Shown: piece by piece, positions 52,536 to 61,852 of the stretch | Layout: each line of letters begins with the position of its first letter | How positions within the stretch are numbered: the stretch's first letter is position 1 | Assembly (NCBI GenBank): GCA_002491165.1 | Contig: DKVK01000060.1 | Span: 33,808-97,807 of the forward strand | Reading direction: 5' to 3' | Origin: Porphyromonadaceae bacterium UBA7180 | GTDB lineage: Bacteria > Bacteroidota > Bacteroidia > Bacteroidales > Muribaculaceae | Length of the DNA: 64,000 nucleotides | The notes under the pieces: generated by a model | Databases searched by the model: none | What the model was told of the DNA's origin: nothing | What the model saw: the letters and a program-made list of their open reading frames with translations, nothing else | Program-made: the position numbers and the translations under genes

Positions 52536-53210
52536 TTAGAAATTGAAAGTCATGCCAACGCCAAGAGTGTGCGTCTTGAAGCGGTCGCCGATATAATCCA
52601 CGCCCATCGATAATGAATTGCCACCGGCGGCAAAGAGTTGCTGACGGAACAAGGGAGCACACGCCAACTCGTCGATTTGCTTCTGCTTGTGCTTGGCAAT
52701 AAAGTAAAAAGTTGGCATAGCAACTGCACCCAAAGTTGTTGCTGCAATTCCCGGTACCATTGTGCCTGAACATCCATCTTTATCGAGAATCATCATGATT
52801 ATTCCCCCCGCTATCAATGCCCCTACTCCGATAAATCCTATTAATTTCAAGTTTCTTGGCATATTATTGCCAACTGTTTGAGTGTTATAAAGATTCATCA
52901 AATCTGTTTCTGTGACAGCTCCTGATCCTATGGTTGCTCCGGGGAGAATGGAGCCGGGAGTCATTCCGTCTTGGGAGAAGACATCTGACTGTCCGTTTGC
53001 GTAGTTGATGCGCATGAGATCTGCTACTTTGATGGTGTAGAGCGGGCCGTCGGGGTTGTCGGCCTTGCGGTATTTCACCTCCGTTTCCGTCACCTCCTCT
53101 ACCCTTCCGAGCAACGAGGAGCCGTCCTTTTTCACAAGGACATCCTGCGCCAACGCCGACAGGCAACACACCGCCAGCGCAAGCATCACAAAAAATCTTT
53201 TGGAAATCAT
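52536..53210 (-). CDS. hypothetical exported/membrane protein
   Basis: signal peptide ending ALA-Q; QDVLVKKDG..EVKYRK N-domain; two Gly-rich hydrophobic helices; C-terminal GMTFNF; ATG 53210 preferred. Confidence 0.8.
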   Translation of the reverse strand: MISKRFFVMLALAVCCLSALAQDVLVKKDGSSLLGRVEEVTETEVKYRKADNPDGPLYTIKVADLMRINYANGQSDVFSQDGMTPGSILPGATIGSGAVTETDLMNLYNTQTVGNNMPRNLKLIGFIGVGALIAGGIIMMILDKDGCSGTMVPGIAATTLGAVAMPTFYFIAKHKQKQIDELACAPLFRQQLFAAGGNSLSMGVDYIGDRFKTHTLGVGMTFNF

Positions 53211-53224
53211 GATATAAATTAGTC

Positions 53225-53592
53225 CGGCCAAGTGACCCCTCCGTGGCCGATAAGAAAGTCAGTGATTACACATAGAAAACGTGGAATCAGAACTTAATTG
53301 CCCGTCCGCAGTATAAAAGCCTTCGCATGCTCATCAAGTCAAGACGGGCAACGAAGAAGACTCCACGTAGACGCATATATAATACCCATAGCCACAACAC
53401 TTTCTCCAAAGGAGCAAGTGAAGCAGCCATAAGCATACAATGCTACAATGAAGCGTTTTTCGTTGCTATGTTTCTGACTTGATGAAAGAGTTTGCGAAGT
53501 TCTTATACCGTCAAAACCAAAGCGATTAGTAACGCATCTATAAAAAAGCGTTCTCGGAGAAGGCACCTCTGTGCGCAACTATAGTCGCGAAC
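53225..53592 (-). ncRNA. candidate structured leader / cis-regulatory RNA (unknown family)
   Basis: several stems whose G-U pairs form only on the minus strand; long-range complementarity; lies between a promoter (53597-53627) and a CDS. Confidence 0.55.
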
Positions 53593-53596
53593 GCCA

Positions 53597-53627
53597 CAAA
53601 GTTAGCAATAATTTTTCATTCCACAAT
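53597..53627 (-). promoter_or_regulatory. housekeeping promoter
   Basis: minus strand ATTG-N19-TAACTTTG. Confidence 0.65.
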
Positions 53628-53673
53628 CATTTTCCGCAAAAAAGTTTTGCACTTACACGACAAACGAATATGG

Positions 53674-53782
53674 AGGGCAGACCTCCCGGCCTACCGTAAA
53701 TCGAAAGCGACTCGGTTTTCGCAGCCCGGGATGAAATATGGTATAGTCCGGCACCTTACGGAGGCCAGGAGGCCTCCGCCCC
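53674..53782 (-). other. ~110-nt branched hairpin (candidate ncRNA or MITE-like palindrome)
   Basis: GGGC..CCTCC.GGCCT.CCGTAA pairs with TTACGG AGGCC.GGAGG..GCCC. Confidence 0.5.
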
Positions 53783-53832
53783 TGTGGCTGCGCGGTGTGT
53801 TGCAGGGCTTCTTCTGTTGTGGGGTTAAACGC

Positions 53833-53867
53833 AAGCAACCGGCGGGCGCGGTGCCTGCCGGTTGCTT
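53833..53867 (-). terminator. terminator hairpin after the TPR gene
   Basis: AAGCAACCGGCGGGC/GCCTGCCGGTTGCTT. Confidence 0.75.
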
Positions 53868-53906
53868 TACTTTATTAGATGTGGATTATGCCGTGTCCTC
53901 TATTAT

Positions 53907-55112
53907 TTATTTGAGGGAAGTTTTGGCATAGTCGAGCTGTTCCTGGAGATAGTCGAGGGCGGAAGCGTCGCCGTTGGGGGCTATCTTCTTGGCTTCGTCA
54001 ACAATCTGCTGGGCGAAGTTGAAGTAGTTGTTGCGGATGTTCTCGCGTTCCTGCTGTACATTGGCGTTGCGTGCATCGAGGGTGTTCCATTTGGTGATAC
54101 CGGCATGGTAGATGTTCTTGGCGGCATTGACCATTGTCTCGTAACCGGGGTTGTTCTCCACAGCCTTGCGGTAGTCGGCAACTGCGGCGTCAGAATTTTC
54201 GAGGCGGTCGTTTACATATCCGCGCAGACCGTAGATGAAGCCGGAGTTGGGATATTGCTGGAGCAGTTTGGTGAGCTCGTCGATGGCCTGTTTTTCCTTG
54301 CCTTGCTCCACCAGGACGTTAGCCATGTTGGAGATGAAGATGGGCTGTTCGAGTCCGAAACGGCTGAATCCGTCTTTCGAGAGGTCGTAGATAGCGTTCT
54401 GGGCCTTTGCCGTGATTGTGGAGTCTTCGCGCATGAGGTTCTGCCAGGAAGCGAGTTCGCGGATGTAGCAGTCGGGGTCCTGGAACCCGGCGTGGCGAGC
54501 TTTCACGAAAGCATCGATGGCTTTGGGGAGGTTGTTACCTGCCCAGCCCGAAAGGCCGGCATAATAATAAGAAGTAGCGGCTATGGAGTCGGGGATGTTG
54601 ACCTGACCTTTCATCATGGGGTTGGTGACGATGTCGCCGAAGTCCATGAATGCCTGATAAGCCTCGGGGTAGTATTTCTTGTTGTCGTAATAGCTGCCGC
54701 CGGCCTGATAGTAGTTCTCGACGTAGTTTTTCATACGTTTCACGGCTTCGCCGGCTGCTTTGCCTTTGGGATCGTTGGCCTGGAATTCGATTACTTTCAT
54801 CAGGTTGGGATAAGCGGTAAGGAGGAAACCGTCCATTGCCATTTTCTCTTCGGGAGTGGCTTTGCTGATGTCGAGGCCGAGTTTTTTGCGGGCGGCGTCG
54901 TATGCCTTGAACTCCACGTCGGCAGCCACTACGTAGGTCTGGGGGTCAGTGGCTGTGGAGGGGTCCTGCATGGCGGCGTTGATGGCTGAACGGGCCTCTG
55001 AAATTTTTTCGGTCTTGCCGGCGAGTTTCTTGGCGGCGTCGACCTGGGCTTTTTGAGCGTTGGCAGCTGTGAGCGACGCTACACAGAGAGCCATAATGAA
55101 AAGCTTCTTCAT
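53907..55112 (-). CDS. exported tetratricopeptide repeat protein
   Basis: signal peptide ending ANA-Q; TPR-like helices (YYYAG..A, AVADYRKAVE.NP); downstream of gyrA. Confidence 0.8.
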   Translation of the reverse strand: MKKLFIMALCVASLTAANAQKAQVDAAKKLAGKTEKISEARSAINAAMQDPSTATDPQTYVVAADVEFKAYDAARKKLGLDISKATPEEKMAMDGFLLTAYPNLMKVIEFQANDPKGKAAGEAVKRMKNYVENYYQAGGSYYDNKKYYPEAYQAFMDFGDIVTNPMMKGQVNIPDSIAATSYYYAGLSGWAGNNLPKAIDAFVKARHAGFQDPDCYIRELASWQNLMREDSTITAKAQNAIYDLSKDGFSRFGLEQPIFISNMANVLVEQGKEKQAIDELTKLLQQYPNSGFIYGLRGYVNDRLENSDAAVADYRKAVENNPGYETMVNAAKNIYHAGITKWNTLDARNANVQQERENIRNNYFNFAQQIVDEAKKIAPNGDASALDYLQEQLDYAKTSLK

Positions 55113-55168
55113 ATCGGTTAAGTTTAATTTATTTCTATCCTTTTTAATGCGGAAACGGCGCGTCAGGT

Positions 55169-57733
55169 TCAGGAGAGTTCCATATCTATTTCGTCGATGT
55201 CCGGCATTTCGACGTCTTTGACCTCGGGGAGCTGTACGTTTTCGTCGGCCGTATCTTCGGCCGTTTCGGTCACTTCTTCCTCTTCGGGTTCGGAGTCTAC
55301 CTTGCAGACGGATGCGATGCTGTCGTTGCGCTTGGTGAGATCGATGAGGCGGACGCCTTGTGTGGCGCGGCCCATGACGCGGACTCCTTCGACCGGAAGA
55401 CGCAGTGTGATACCGCTCTTGTTGATGATCATCAGGTCGTTTTCGTTATTGACATTTTTAATGGCGACAAGTTTACCCGTCTTGTCGGTAATTTCCATGG
55501 TTTTTACACCTTTTGCGCCACGGTTGGTCATCCGGTAGTCGTCAAGGGCGGAGCGTTTGCCGTATCCTTTCTCGGAAACTACCATCACGGTTTCCTCGAC
55601 GGTGCCGCTCATGGTGATCATACCTACTACTTCATCCTGGCCGTCTTCGTCGAGGGTCATGCCCTTGACGCCGGTGGAGACGCGGCCCATTTCGCGCACC
55701 TTGTCCTCGGGGAACCGGATGGCGCGTCCGTTGCGGTTGGCCATGATAATCTGCGAGGAGCCGTCGGTGAGACGAACTTCGAGCAGGTCGTCGCCTTCGC
55801 GGATGATGATGGCATTGACACCCTTGGCGCGCGGACGCGAATATGCGGCCAGCGACGTCTTCTTGATGATACCCTGCTTGGTGGCGAAGACGAGGTTGTG
55901 GGTGTTGACATACTCTTCGTCGTCGAGATGCGGGATACGGATGTAGGCGTTCACGGCATCGTCGCTGTCTATGTTGAGCAGGTTCTGTATGGCGCGCCCC
56001 TTGGAGTTTTTGGAGCCTTCGGGTATTTCGTAGACCTTGAGCCAGTAGCAGCGTCCCTTGCGGGTAAAGAAGAGCATGTAGTTGTGGTTCGAGGCCGGGT
56101 AGATGTGCTCTATGAAGTCGGAGTCGCGCGTGGTGCTGCCTTTTGAGCCGAGGCCGCCGCGGTGCTGCGCGCGGAAGTCGCTCAGCGGCGTGCGCTTGAT
56201 GTAGCCAAGGTGGGAGATGGTTATAATCATCTCGTCGTCGGGATAGAAGTCTTCGGCGTTGAAGTCGCCGGAGAACTGGTTGATGCGTGTACGGCGTTCG
56301 TCGCCGAATTTGTCGCGGATTTCTATCAGTTCGTCTTTCATCACCTTGCGGCATACGGCGTCGTCGTTGAGGATGGAGTTGAGGAACTCTATCTGTTTCA
56401 TGAGTTCGTCGTATTCGGCGCGGAGTTTGTCCATTTCCAGACCGGTGAGCTGGCGCAGGCGCATCTCCACTATGGCACGGGTCTGGGCTTCATCGAGGCC
56501 GAAGCGTTCGCCGAGGCGCTGGCGGGCTATGTCGGCGGTCTGCGACGAGCGGATGATGGCTATCACCTCGTCGATATTGTCGACCGCTATCATCAGGCCT
56601 TTGAGGATGTGTGCCCTTTCTTCGGCCTTCTTGAGTTCGTAGCGTGTGCGGCGTATCACCACTTCGTGGCGGTGCTCCACGAATGCCATGAGCAGCTCCT
56701 TGAGATTGAGGGTCTTCGGACGGCCGTTGACGAGCGCCACGTTGTTGACCGAGAAGGAGGTCTGGAGTTGCGACATCTTGTAAAGCTTATTGAGGATTAC
56801 GCGTGCGTTGGCGTCCTGCTTTATGTCTATGGCGATGTGCATCTGTCCGCGGGCGGAGGTGTCGGTGATGTCGGCGATACCCTCTATCTTCTTCTCCTCC
56901 ACAAGGTCGGCGATGCTGCGCACCAGGTCGTTCTTAACCACGCCGTAGGGTATCTCCGAGATGACGATGACGTCGTGGTTGGCTTCGGTTTCTATTTCGG
57001 CTTTTGCGCGCACAATGATGCGGCCGCGTCCGGTCATGAATGCGTCGCGCACACCCTGAAGGCCGAAGATTTCGCCGCCGGTAGGGAAGTCCGGGGCCTT
57101 TACATATTCCATAAGCTGCTCAACCTCGAGCCCGGGGTTGTCGATGAGTGCCACGGAGGCGTCGAGACATTCCGTAAGGTTGTGGGGAGGCATATTTGTG
57201 GCCATACCCACGGCGATTCCCGAGGCTCCGTTGACCAGGAGGTTGGGGATTCGCGTCGGGAGCACGGAGGGTTCGGAGAGGGTGTTGTCGAAGTTGGGCA
57301 CGAAGTCGACGGTGTCCTTGTCGAGGTCGCGGAGCATCTCCTCACCCATTTTGGAAAGTTTAACCTCTGTATAACGCATGGCGGCCGGAGAGTCGCCGTC
57401 GATGGAGCCGAAGTTGCCCTGTCCGAAGACGAGGGGGTAACGCAGGGACCAGTCCTGGGCCATGCGCACCATGGTTAGATATATTGAAGAGTCGCCGTGC
57501 GGGTGGTACTTACCCATGACGTCGCCCACGATACGGGCCGACTTTTTGGTGTCGCCGGAAAAATAGTTGCCGAGCTCGCCCATACCGAAGAGCACACGGC
57601 GGTGTACGGGTTTGAAGCCGTCACGCACGTCGGGCAGCGCACGGGACACGATTACAGACATCGAATAGTCTATGTAAGCGCTTTTCATTTCCGACTCAAT
57701 ATTGACCGGAATTATCTTATCCTCTGCTTGCAT
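55169..57733 (-). CDS. gyrA: DNA gyrase subunit A
   Basis: [22 protein letters not shown], GyrA-box QHRGGLG, C-terminal pinwheel and acidic tail. Confidence 0.97.
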   Translation of the reverse strand: MQAEDKIIPVNIESEMKSAYIDYSMSVIVSRALPDVRDGFKPVHRRVLFGMGELGNYFSGDTKKSARIVGDVMGKYHPHGDSSIYLTMVRMAQDWSLRYPLVFGQGNFGSIDGDSPAAMRYTEVKLSKMGEEMLRDLDKDTVDFVPNFDNTLSEPSVLPTRIPNLLVNGASGIAVGMATNMPPHNLTECLDASVALIDNPGLEVEQLMEYVKAPDFPTGGEIFGLQGVRDAFMTGRGRIIVRAKAEIETEANHDVIVISEIPYGVVKNDLVRSIADLVEEKKIEGIADITDTSARGQMHIAIDIKQDANARVILNKLYKMSQLQTSFSVNNVALVNGRPKTLNLKELLMAFVEHRHEVVIRRTRYELKKAEERAHILKGLMIAVDNIDEVIAIIRSSQTADIARQRLGERFGLDEAQTRAIVEMRLRQLTGLEMDKLRAEYDELMKQIEFLNSILNDDAVCRKVMKDELIEIRDKFGDERRTRINQFSGDFNAEDFYPDDEMIITISHLGYIKRTPLSDFRAQHRGGLGSKGSTTRDSDFIEHIYPASNHNYMLFFTRKGRCYWLKVYEIPEGSKNSKGRAIQNLLNIDSDDAVNAYIRIPHLDDEEYVNTHNLVFATKQGIIKKTSLAAYSRPRAKGVNAIIIREGDDLLEVRLTDGSSQIIMANRNGRAIRFPEDKVREMGRVSTGVKGMTLDEDGQDEVVGMITMSGTVEETVMVVSEKGYGKRSALDDYRMTNRGAKGVKTMEITDKTGKLVAIKNVNNENDLMIINKSGITLRLPVEGVRVMGRATQGVRLIDLTKRNDSIASVCKVDSEPEEEEVTETAEDTADENVQLPEVKDVEMPDIDEIDMELS

Positions 57734-57874
57734 TTTCTCTTGTTTAGTCTAAATTTCGCAGCAAAACGGAAAATCGGAATCCGACAACCGCTCCGCTCTC
57801 AAGCTACAAAGTTACGAAAAATATTTGATAGTGGAAAATTATTTGTTAATTTCGCCGAAAACTTTTGTAAAGAG

Positions 57875-58627
57875 ATGAAAACAGCACTTATCACAGGGGC
57901 CACCAGCGGCATAGGCCGCGCCTGCGCTCTGCGCCTGGCCCGCGCCGGTTACCGCATCATCGCGACCGGCCGAAACAGCGAAAAACTTGACAATGTAATG
58001 CAGCAGCTCGCCGACTCCGGCGCCGAAGCCCGTGCACTCGTCTTCGACGTGCGCGACCGGGAAGCCGCACGCCTGGCACTCGAATCGCTGCCCGAAGAGT
58101 GGCGCGAAATCGACGTCCTGGTCAACAACGCCGGACTCGCCCTCGGCCTCGAACCTGAGTACGAAGGACTATGGGAAGACTGGGAGACGATGATAGACAC
58201 CAACATAAAGGGACTGCTCGTCATGACGCGCCTCGTGGTGCCCGAGATGGTGAAACGCGGCCGCGGCCACGTGGTGAACATCGGCTCCGTTGCCGGCGAC
58301 GCCGCTTACGCCGGGGGCAACGTCTACTGCGCCACGAAAGCGGCCGTCAAGACCCTTTCGGACGGCCTGCGCATAGACGTGGCCGGAACGTCGGTGCGCG
58401 TCACCAACGTAAAGCCCGGACTAGTGGAGACCAACTTCTCGAACGTGCGTTTCCACGGCGACGACGCCCGCGCCGACAATGTCTACAAAGGCATCAAGCC
58501 GCTGACAGGCGATGACATCGCCGACGTTGTGGCATACGCCGTGGAGGCTCCCGAGCATGTCCAGATAGCCGAGGTGCTCGTGCTGGCCACTCACCAGGCT
58601 TCCGGCAGCGTAATAGTGCGCAAGTAA
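57875..58627 (+). CDS. short-chain dehydrogenase/reductase (YdfG-like)
   Basis: ITGATSGIG, NNAGLALG, YCATK; true start ATG 57875 (the longer ORF overlaps gyrA). Confidence 0.9.
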   Translation: MKTALITGATSGIGRACALRLARAGYRIIATGRNSEKLDNVMQQLADSGAEARALVFDVRDREAARLALESLPEEWREIDVLVNNAGLALGLEPEYEGLWEDWETMIDTNIKGLLVMTRLVVPEMVKRGRGHVVNIGSVAGDAAYAGGNVYCATKAAVKTLSDGLRIDVAGTSVRVTNVKPGLVETNFSNVRFHGDDARADNVYKGIKPLTGDDIADVVAYAVEAPEHVQIAEVLVLATHQASGSVIVRK

Positions 58628-58657
58628 CTTCCCCGGAAACCTCTACACATTAATTTT

Positions 58658-58692
58658 AATATCCGTCCGGCAAATTTTCCCGGGCGGATATT
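58658..58692 (+). terminator. terminator hairpin
   Basis: AATATCCGTCCGG/CCGGGCGGATATT. Confidence 0.7.
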
Positions 58693-58745
58693 TAATTGTT
58701 AAAAATCACTATAAAAGGTGAGAGGTAAAGGATTGTTAGCAAAAA

Positions 58746-58762
58746 TTGGCACGTATCTTGCA
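58746..58762 (+). promoter_or_regulatory. sigma54 (RpoN) -24/-12 promoter upstream of clpC
   Basis: TTGGCACGTATCTTGCA is an exact match to TGGCACG-N4-TTGC(A/T). Confidence 0.7.
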
Positions 58763-58847
58763 ATAACCTCAGCCATAAATTTGTTAATGTATAAAAATCC
58801 CGGACAAAGGAGCAACTCTATGGCGCCCGGGTACAAGATACAAGCTA

Positions 58848-61481
58848 ATGAGAAACGACTTTTCAAGACAGTTCAAACCGATTCTGGACATGGCGCTTGC
58901 CGAGTGCAACCGGTTGGGCAACAGCGCGATAACGAGCGAGCATTTCCTGCTTGCCGCCATCAAGCAGCCCGGCAGCTACGTGGTGGACATTCTGCGCCGC
59001 CTCAACGTGGACGTTGACTCACTGGTGCGCGAAGTGGAGGAACATCTCCGCGGCCCGCAACCGACGGCCGACGTCACCACCCTCTTCGAGCAGCAGTATA
59101 AAATCTGTGTCCCGGCCATCCGTCATCTCCAGCTCGCCACCTCCGAAGCCCGCAAGATGGGCGTTCCCTCCGTGCGTGGCGAACACATTATTTTAGCTCT
59201 TATTCACGACCAAAGAAGTATGGACAGCAGCTTCCTGAAAGACATAAAAGGCAAATACCTGAACTTCGACATCTCGGTGCAGAACATCGGGGAAAGCCCC
59301 GTGGCGGGTCCCAACTTCGGCAACGAGGAGGAGGAGGAAGAGGATGAAGGGATGCCCCGCTCCGGAGGCGCCGGCGACGAGAAAGGCTCACGCCGTTCCA
59401 AAGGGGAACCCGGCTCCGACACTCCCGCCCTCGACAAGTTCAGCTACGACATGACCAAGGCCGCACGCGAAGGACGTCTCGACCCGGTGGTGGGACGCGA
59501 CAACGAGATAGAACGTCTGGCACAAATCCTGTCGCGCCGCAAGAAAAACAATCCCGTGCTCATCGGCGAGCCGGGCGTCGGCAAGTCGGCCATCGTGGAG
59601 GGCCTTGCCCTGCGCATAGTGCAGCGCAAGGTGCCCCGCATCCTCATGGACAAACGGCTCGTGGGCCTCGACATGGCCGGGATGGTGGCCGGAACTAAAT
59701 ACCGCGGCCAGTTCGAGGAACGCATCAAGGCCGTGCTCGACGAACTGGGCAAGAACCCGGACATCATCCTCTTCATCGACGAACTCCACACCATAGTGGG
59801 CGCAGGGGGTGCCCCGGGGTCGATGGATGCCGCCAATATGCTGAAACCGGCTCTGGCGCGCGGCGAACTCCAGTGCATCGGCGCGACGACGCTCGACGAA
59901 TACCGCCAGAACATAGAGAAAGACGGCGCGCTGGAACGCCGTTTCCAGAAAGTGATGGTGGAACCCACCTCTCCGGAGGAGACGCTTGAAATTCTGCGCC
60001 GCGTCAAGGATAAATATGAGGAACATCACAACGTGACATACACCGACGAGGCCCTGGAAGCCTGCGTTTCGCTCACCGAACGCTACGTCAGCGACCGCAA
60101 TTTTCCGGACAAGGCCCTCGACGCCCTCGATGAGGCCGGCTCGCGCGTGCACATCGCCAACATCGTGGTTCCCGAGGAAATCGAAAAGAAAGAGAAGGAG
60201 ATAGACCTCCTCACCCAGGAGAAACTGGCCGCCGCCAAGAGCCAGGACTTCGAGCGCGCCGCCGCCCTGCGCGACCGCGAAGCCCGCGAAAAGCAGGAAC
60301 TCGAAAACGCCAAACGCGACTGGGAGAAACGCATCGACGCCGAACGCCGCGAAGTGGATGACGAAAAGGTGGCCGAAGTCGTGGCACTCATGACCGGAGT
60401 CCCCACACAGCGGATAGCGCAGGCCGAAGGTACACGTCTGCTTAAAATGGGCGACACCCTGAAGAAAGCCATCATCGGCCAGGACGACGCCATAGCCAAG
60501 ATTGTGAAGGCAATCCAGCGCAACCGCATCGGCCTCAAGGACCCCGACAAACCCATCGGCACGTTCATGTTCCTCGGCCCCACCGGTGTGGGCAAAACAC
60601 ACCTGGCCAAGAAACTGGCCGAGTACCTCTTCGACTCCTCCGATGCCCTCATCCGCATCGACATGAGCGAGTTCATGGAGAAGTTTACCGTGTCGCGCCT
60701 CGTGGGTGCGCCTCCGGGATACGTCGGCTACGAAGAGGGAGGACAGCTTACCGAGAAAGTGCGCCGCCACCCCTACTCCGTGGTGCTTCTCGACGAGATT
60801 GAGAAAGCGCATCCCGATGTCTTCAACCTGCTTCTCCAGGTGATGGACGAGGGACGCCTCACCGACTCGCTGGGACGCCGCATCGACTTCAAGAACACCA
60901 TCATCATCATGACGTCGAACGTCGGCAGCCGCCAGCTCAAGGACTTCGGCGCCGGAGTGGGCTTCAACACTGCCTCACTCTCGAAAGAACAGAGCCACGG
61001 CGTGATTTCAAAGGCGCTTAACCGCGCTTTCTCGCCCGAGTTCCTCAACCGCGTGGACGACATCGTGATGTTCGACCAGCTTGACCGCGACGCCATCTTC
61101 AAGATCATAGACATCGAACTGGCCGGCTTCTTCACCCGCATCAAGGGGCTGGGCTTCAACCTCCACCTCAGCGAGGAGGCGAAGGACTTCATCGCCGGCA
61201 AGGGCTACGACCGCAACTTCGGCGCCCGGCCGCTGAAGCGTTCCATCCAGAAGTATCTTGAAGACGACCTGGCGGAACTGATGCTCAAACTCAACGCCAC
61301 CGGCAGCCTCGGCGGCGACGTGGACGTCAGCTACAATAAGGGTGACGAGAAACTGACCTTCAACTACCGTCCGCTCGTGGTTCCCGAACCGGAAGAAACT
61401 CCGGACAATCAGGCAGACGCGCCGCATCAACCTGCCGGCGGAGAAACTGCCTCCACAACACCGGAACACCCGGCCGAGTAA
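58848..61481 (+). CDS. clpC: ATP-dependent Clp protease ATPase subunit ClpC
   Basis: Clp N repeats, [11 protein letters not shown] motif ([11 protein letters not shown]), GPTGVGKT, ClpP-binding VGF loop. Confidence 0.93.
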   Translation: MRNDFSRQFKPILDMALAECNRLGNSAITSEHFLLAAIKQPGSYVVDILRRLNVDVDSLVREVEEHLRGPQPTADVTTLFEQQYKICVPAIRHLQLATSEARKMGVPSVRGEHIILALIHDQRSMDSSFLKDIKGKYLNFDISVQNIGESPVAGPNFGNEEEEEEDEGMPRSGGAGDEKGSRRSKGEPGSDTPALDKFSYDMTKAAREGRLDPVVGRDNEIERLAQILSRRKKNNPVLIGEPGVGKSAIVEGLALRIVQRKVPRILMDKRLVGLDMAGMVAGTKYRGQFEERIKAVLDELGKNPDIILFIDELHTIVGAGGAPGSMDAANMLKPALARGELQCIGATTLDEYRQNIEKDGALERRFQKVMVEPTSPEETLEILRRVKDKYEEHHNVTYTDEALEACVSLTERYVSDRNFPDKALDALDEAGSRVHIANIVVPEEIEKKEKEIDLLTQEKLAAAKSQDFERAAALRDREAREKQELENAKRDWEKRIDAERREVDDEKVAEVVALMTGVPTQRIAQAEGTRLLKMGDTLKKAIIGQDDAIAKIVKAIQRNRIGLKDPDKPIGTFMFLGPTGVGKTHLAKKLAEYLFDSSDALIRIDMSEFMEKFTVSRLVGAPPGYVGYEEGGQLTEKVRRHPYSVVLLDEIEKAHPDVFNLLLQVMDEGRLTDSLGRRIDFKNTIIIMTSNVGSRQLKDFGAGVGFNTASLSKEQSHGVISKALNRAFSPEFLNRVDDIVMFDQLDRDAIFKIIDIELAGFFTRIKGLGFNLHLSEEAKDFIAGKGYDRNFGARPLKRSIQKYLEDDLAELMLKLNATGSLGGDVDVSYNKGDEKLTFNYRPLVVPEPEETPDNQADAPHQPAGGETASTTPEHPAE

Positions 61482-61497
61482 CATTTTTCAACCCCGC

Positions 61498-61542
61498 AAA
61501 CAAGGCAACGGAACAGCGCGCTCCGCTGCCTTGTTTTCTTTT
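61498..61542 (+). terminator. rho-independent terminator
   Basis: AAACAAGGCA.CGGA/TCCG.TGCCTTGTTT plus T-rich tail. Confidence 0.85.
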
Positions 61543-61730
61543 GCAAAGGTTGGAAATCCGGGCGGCTTCGGGGCGCTGTTAGCAATTATTCACATTATTA
61601 ATTTCGGGGTGTGGGGATTTTGACGTAACTTTGCGAAAAAGTTTGCGGAACGGAGATGTGGCGGAATATTTCTTTTTGTCGGAATTATTCGTCTGTTTCA
61701 CGTTTTTGCAGCCCGTAGTGTGACTGCAAA

Positions 61731-61762
61731 TTTGCCTGTCACAAACATTTTTTGTAACTTTG
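61731..61762 (+). promoter_or_regulatory. housekeeping promoter (second TAACTTTG at 61626-61633)
   Basis: TTTG-N20-TAACTTTG. Confidence 0.7.
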
Positions 61763-61852
61763 CCGCGAAATAGGCTCTCCCTCGGGTTCACCCGGTGTGC
61801 CGTATTCGCCGCTTCACCGTGTTCAAGAACCTGCTGTTTTTAAATAAATAAT

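Noticed and set aside
53339-53578. 79-aa TTG-start ORF inside the structured leader
   Set aside because: No recognisable domain and atypical composition; RNA structure explains the sequence better, though a leader peptide is not fully excluded
57497-57874. N-terminal extension of the SDR ORF
   Set aside because: Overlaps gyrA antisense and both promoters; the Rossmann motif starts right after ATG 57875
59480-60930. DNA similarity between clpB and clpC suggesting a recent duplication
   Set aside because: Limited to conserved AAA+ motifs of old paralogues with shared codon bias
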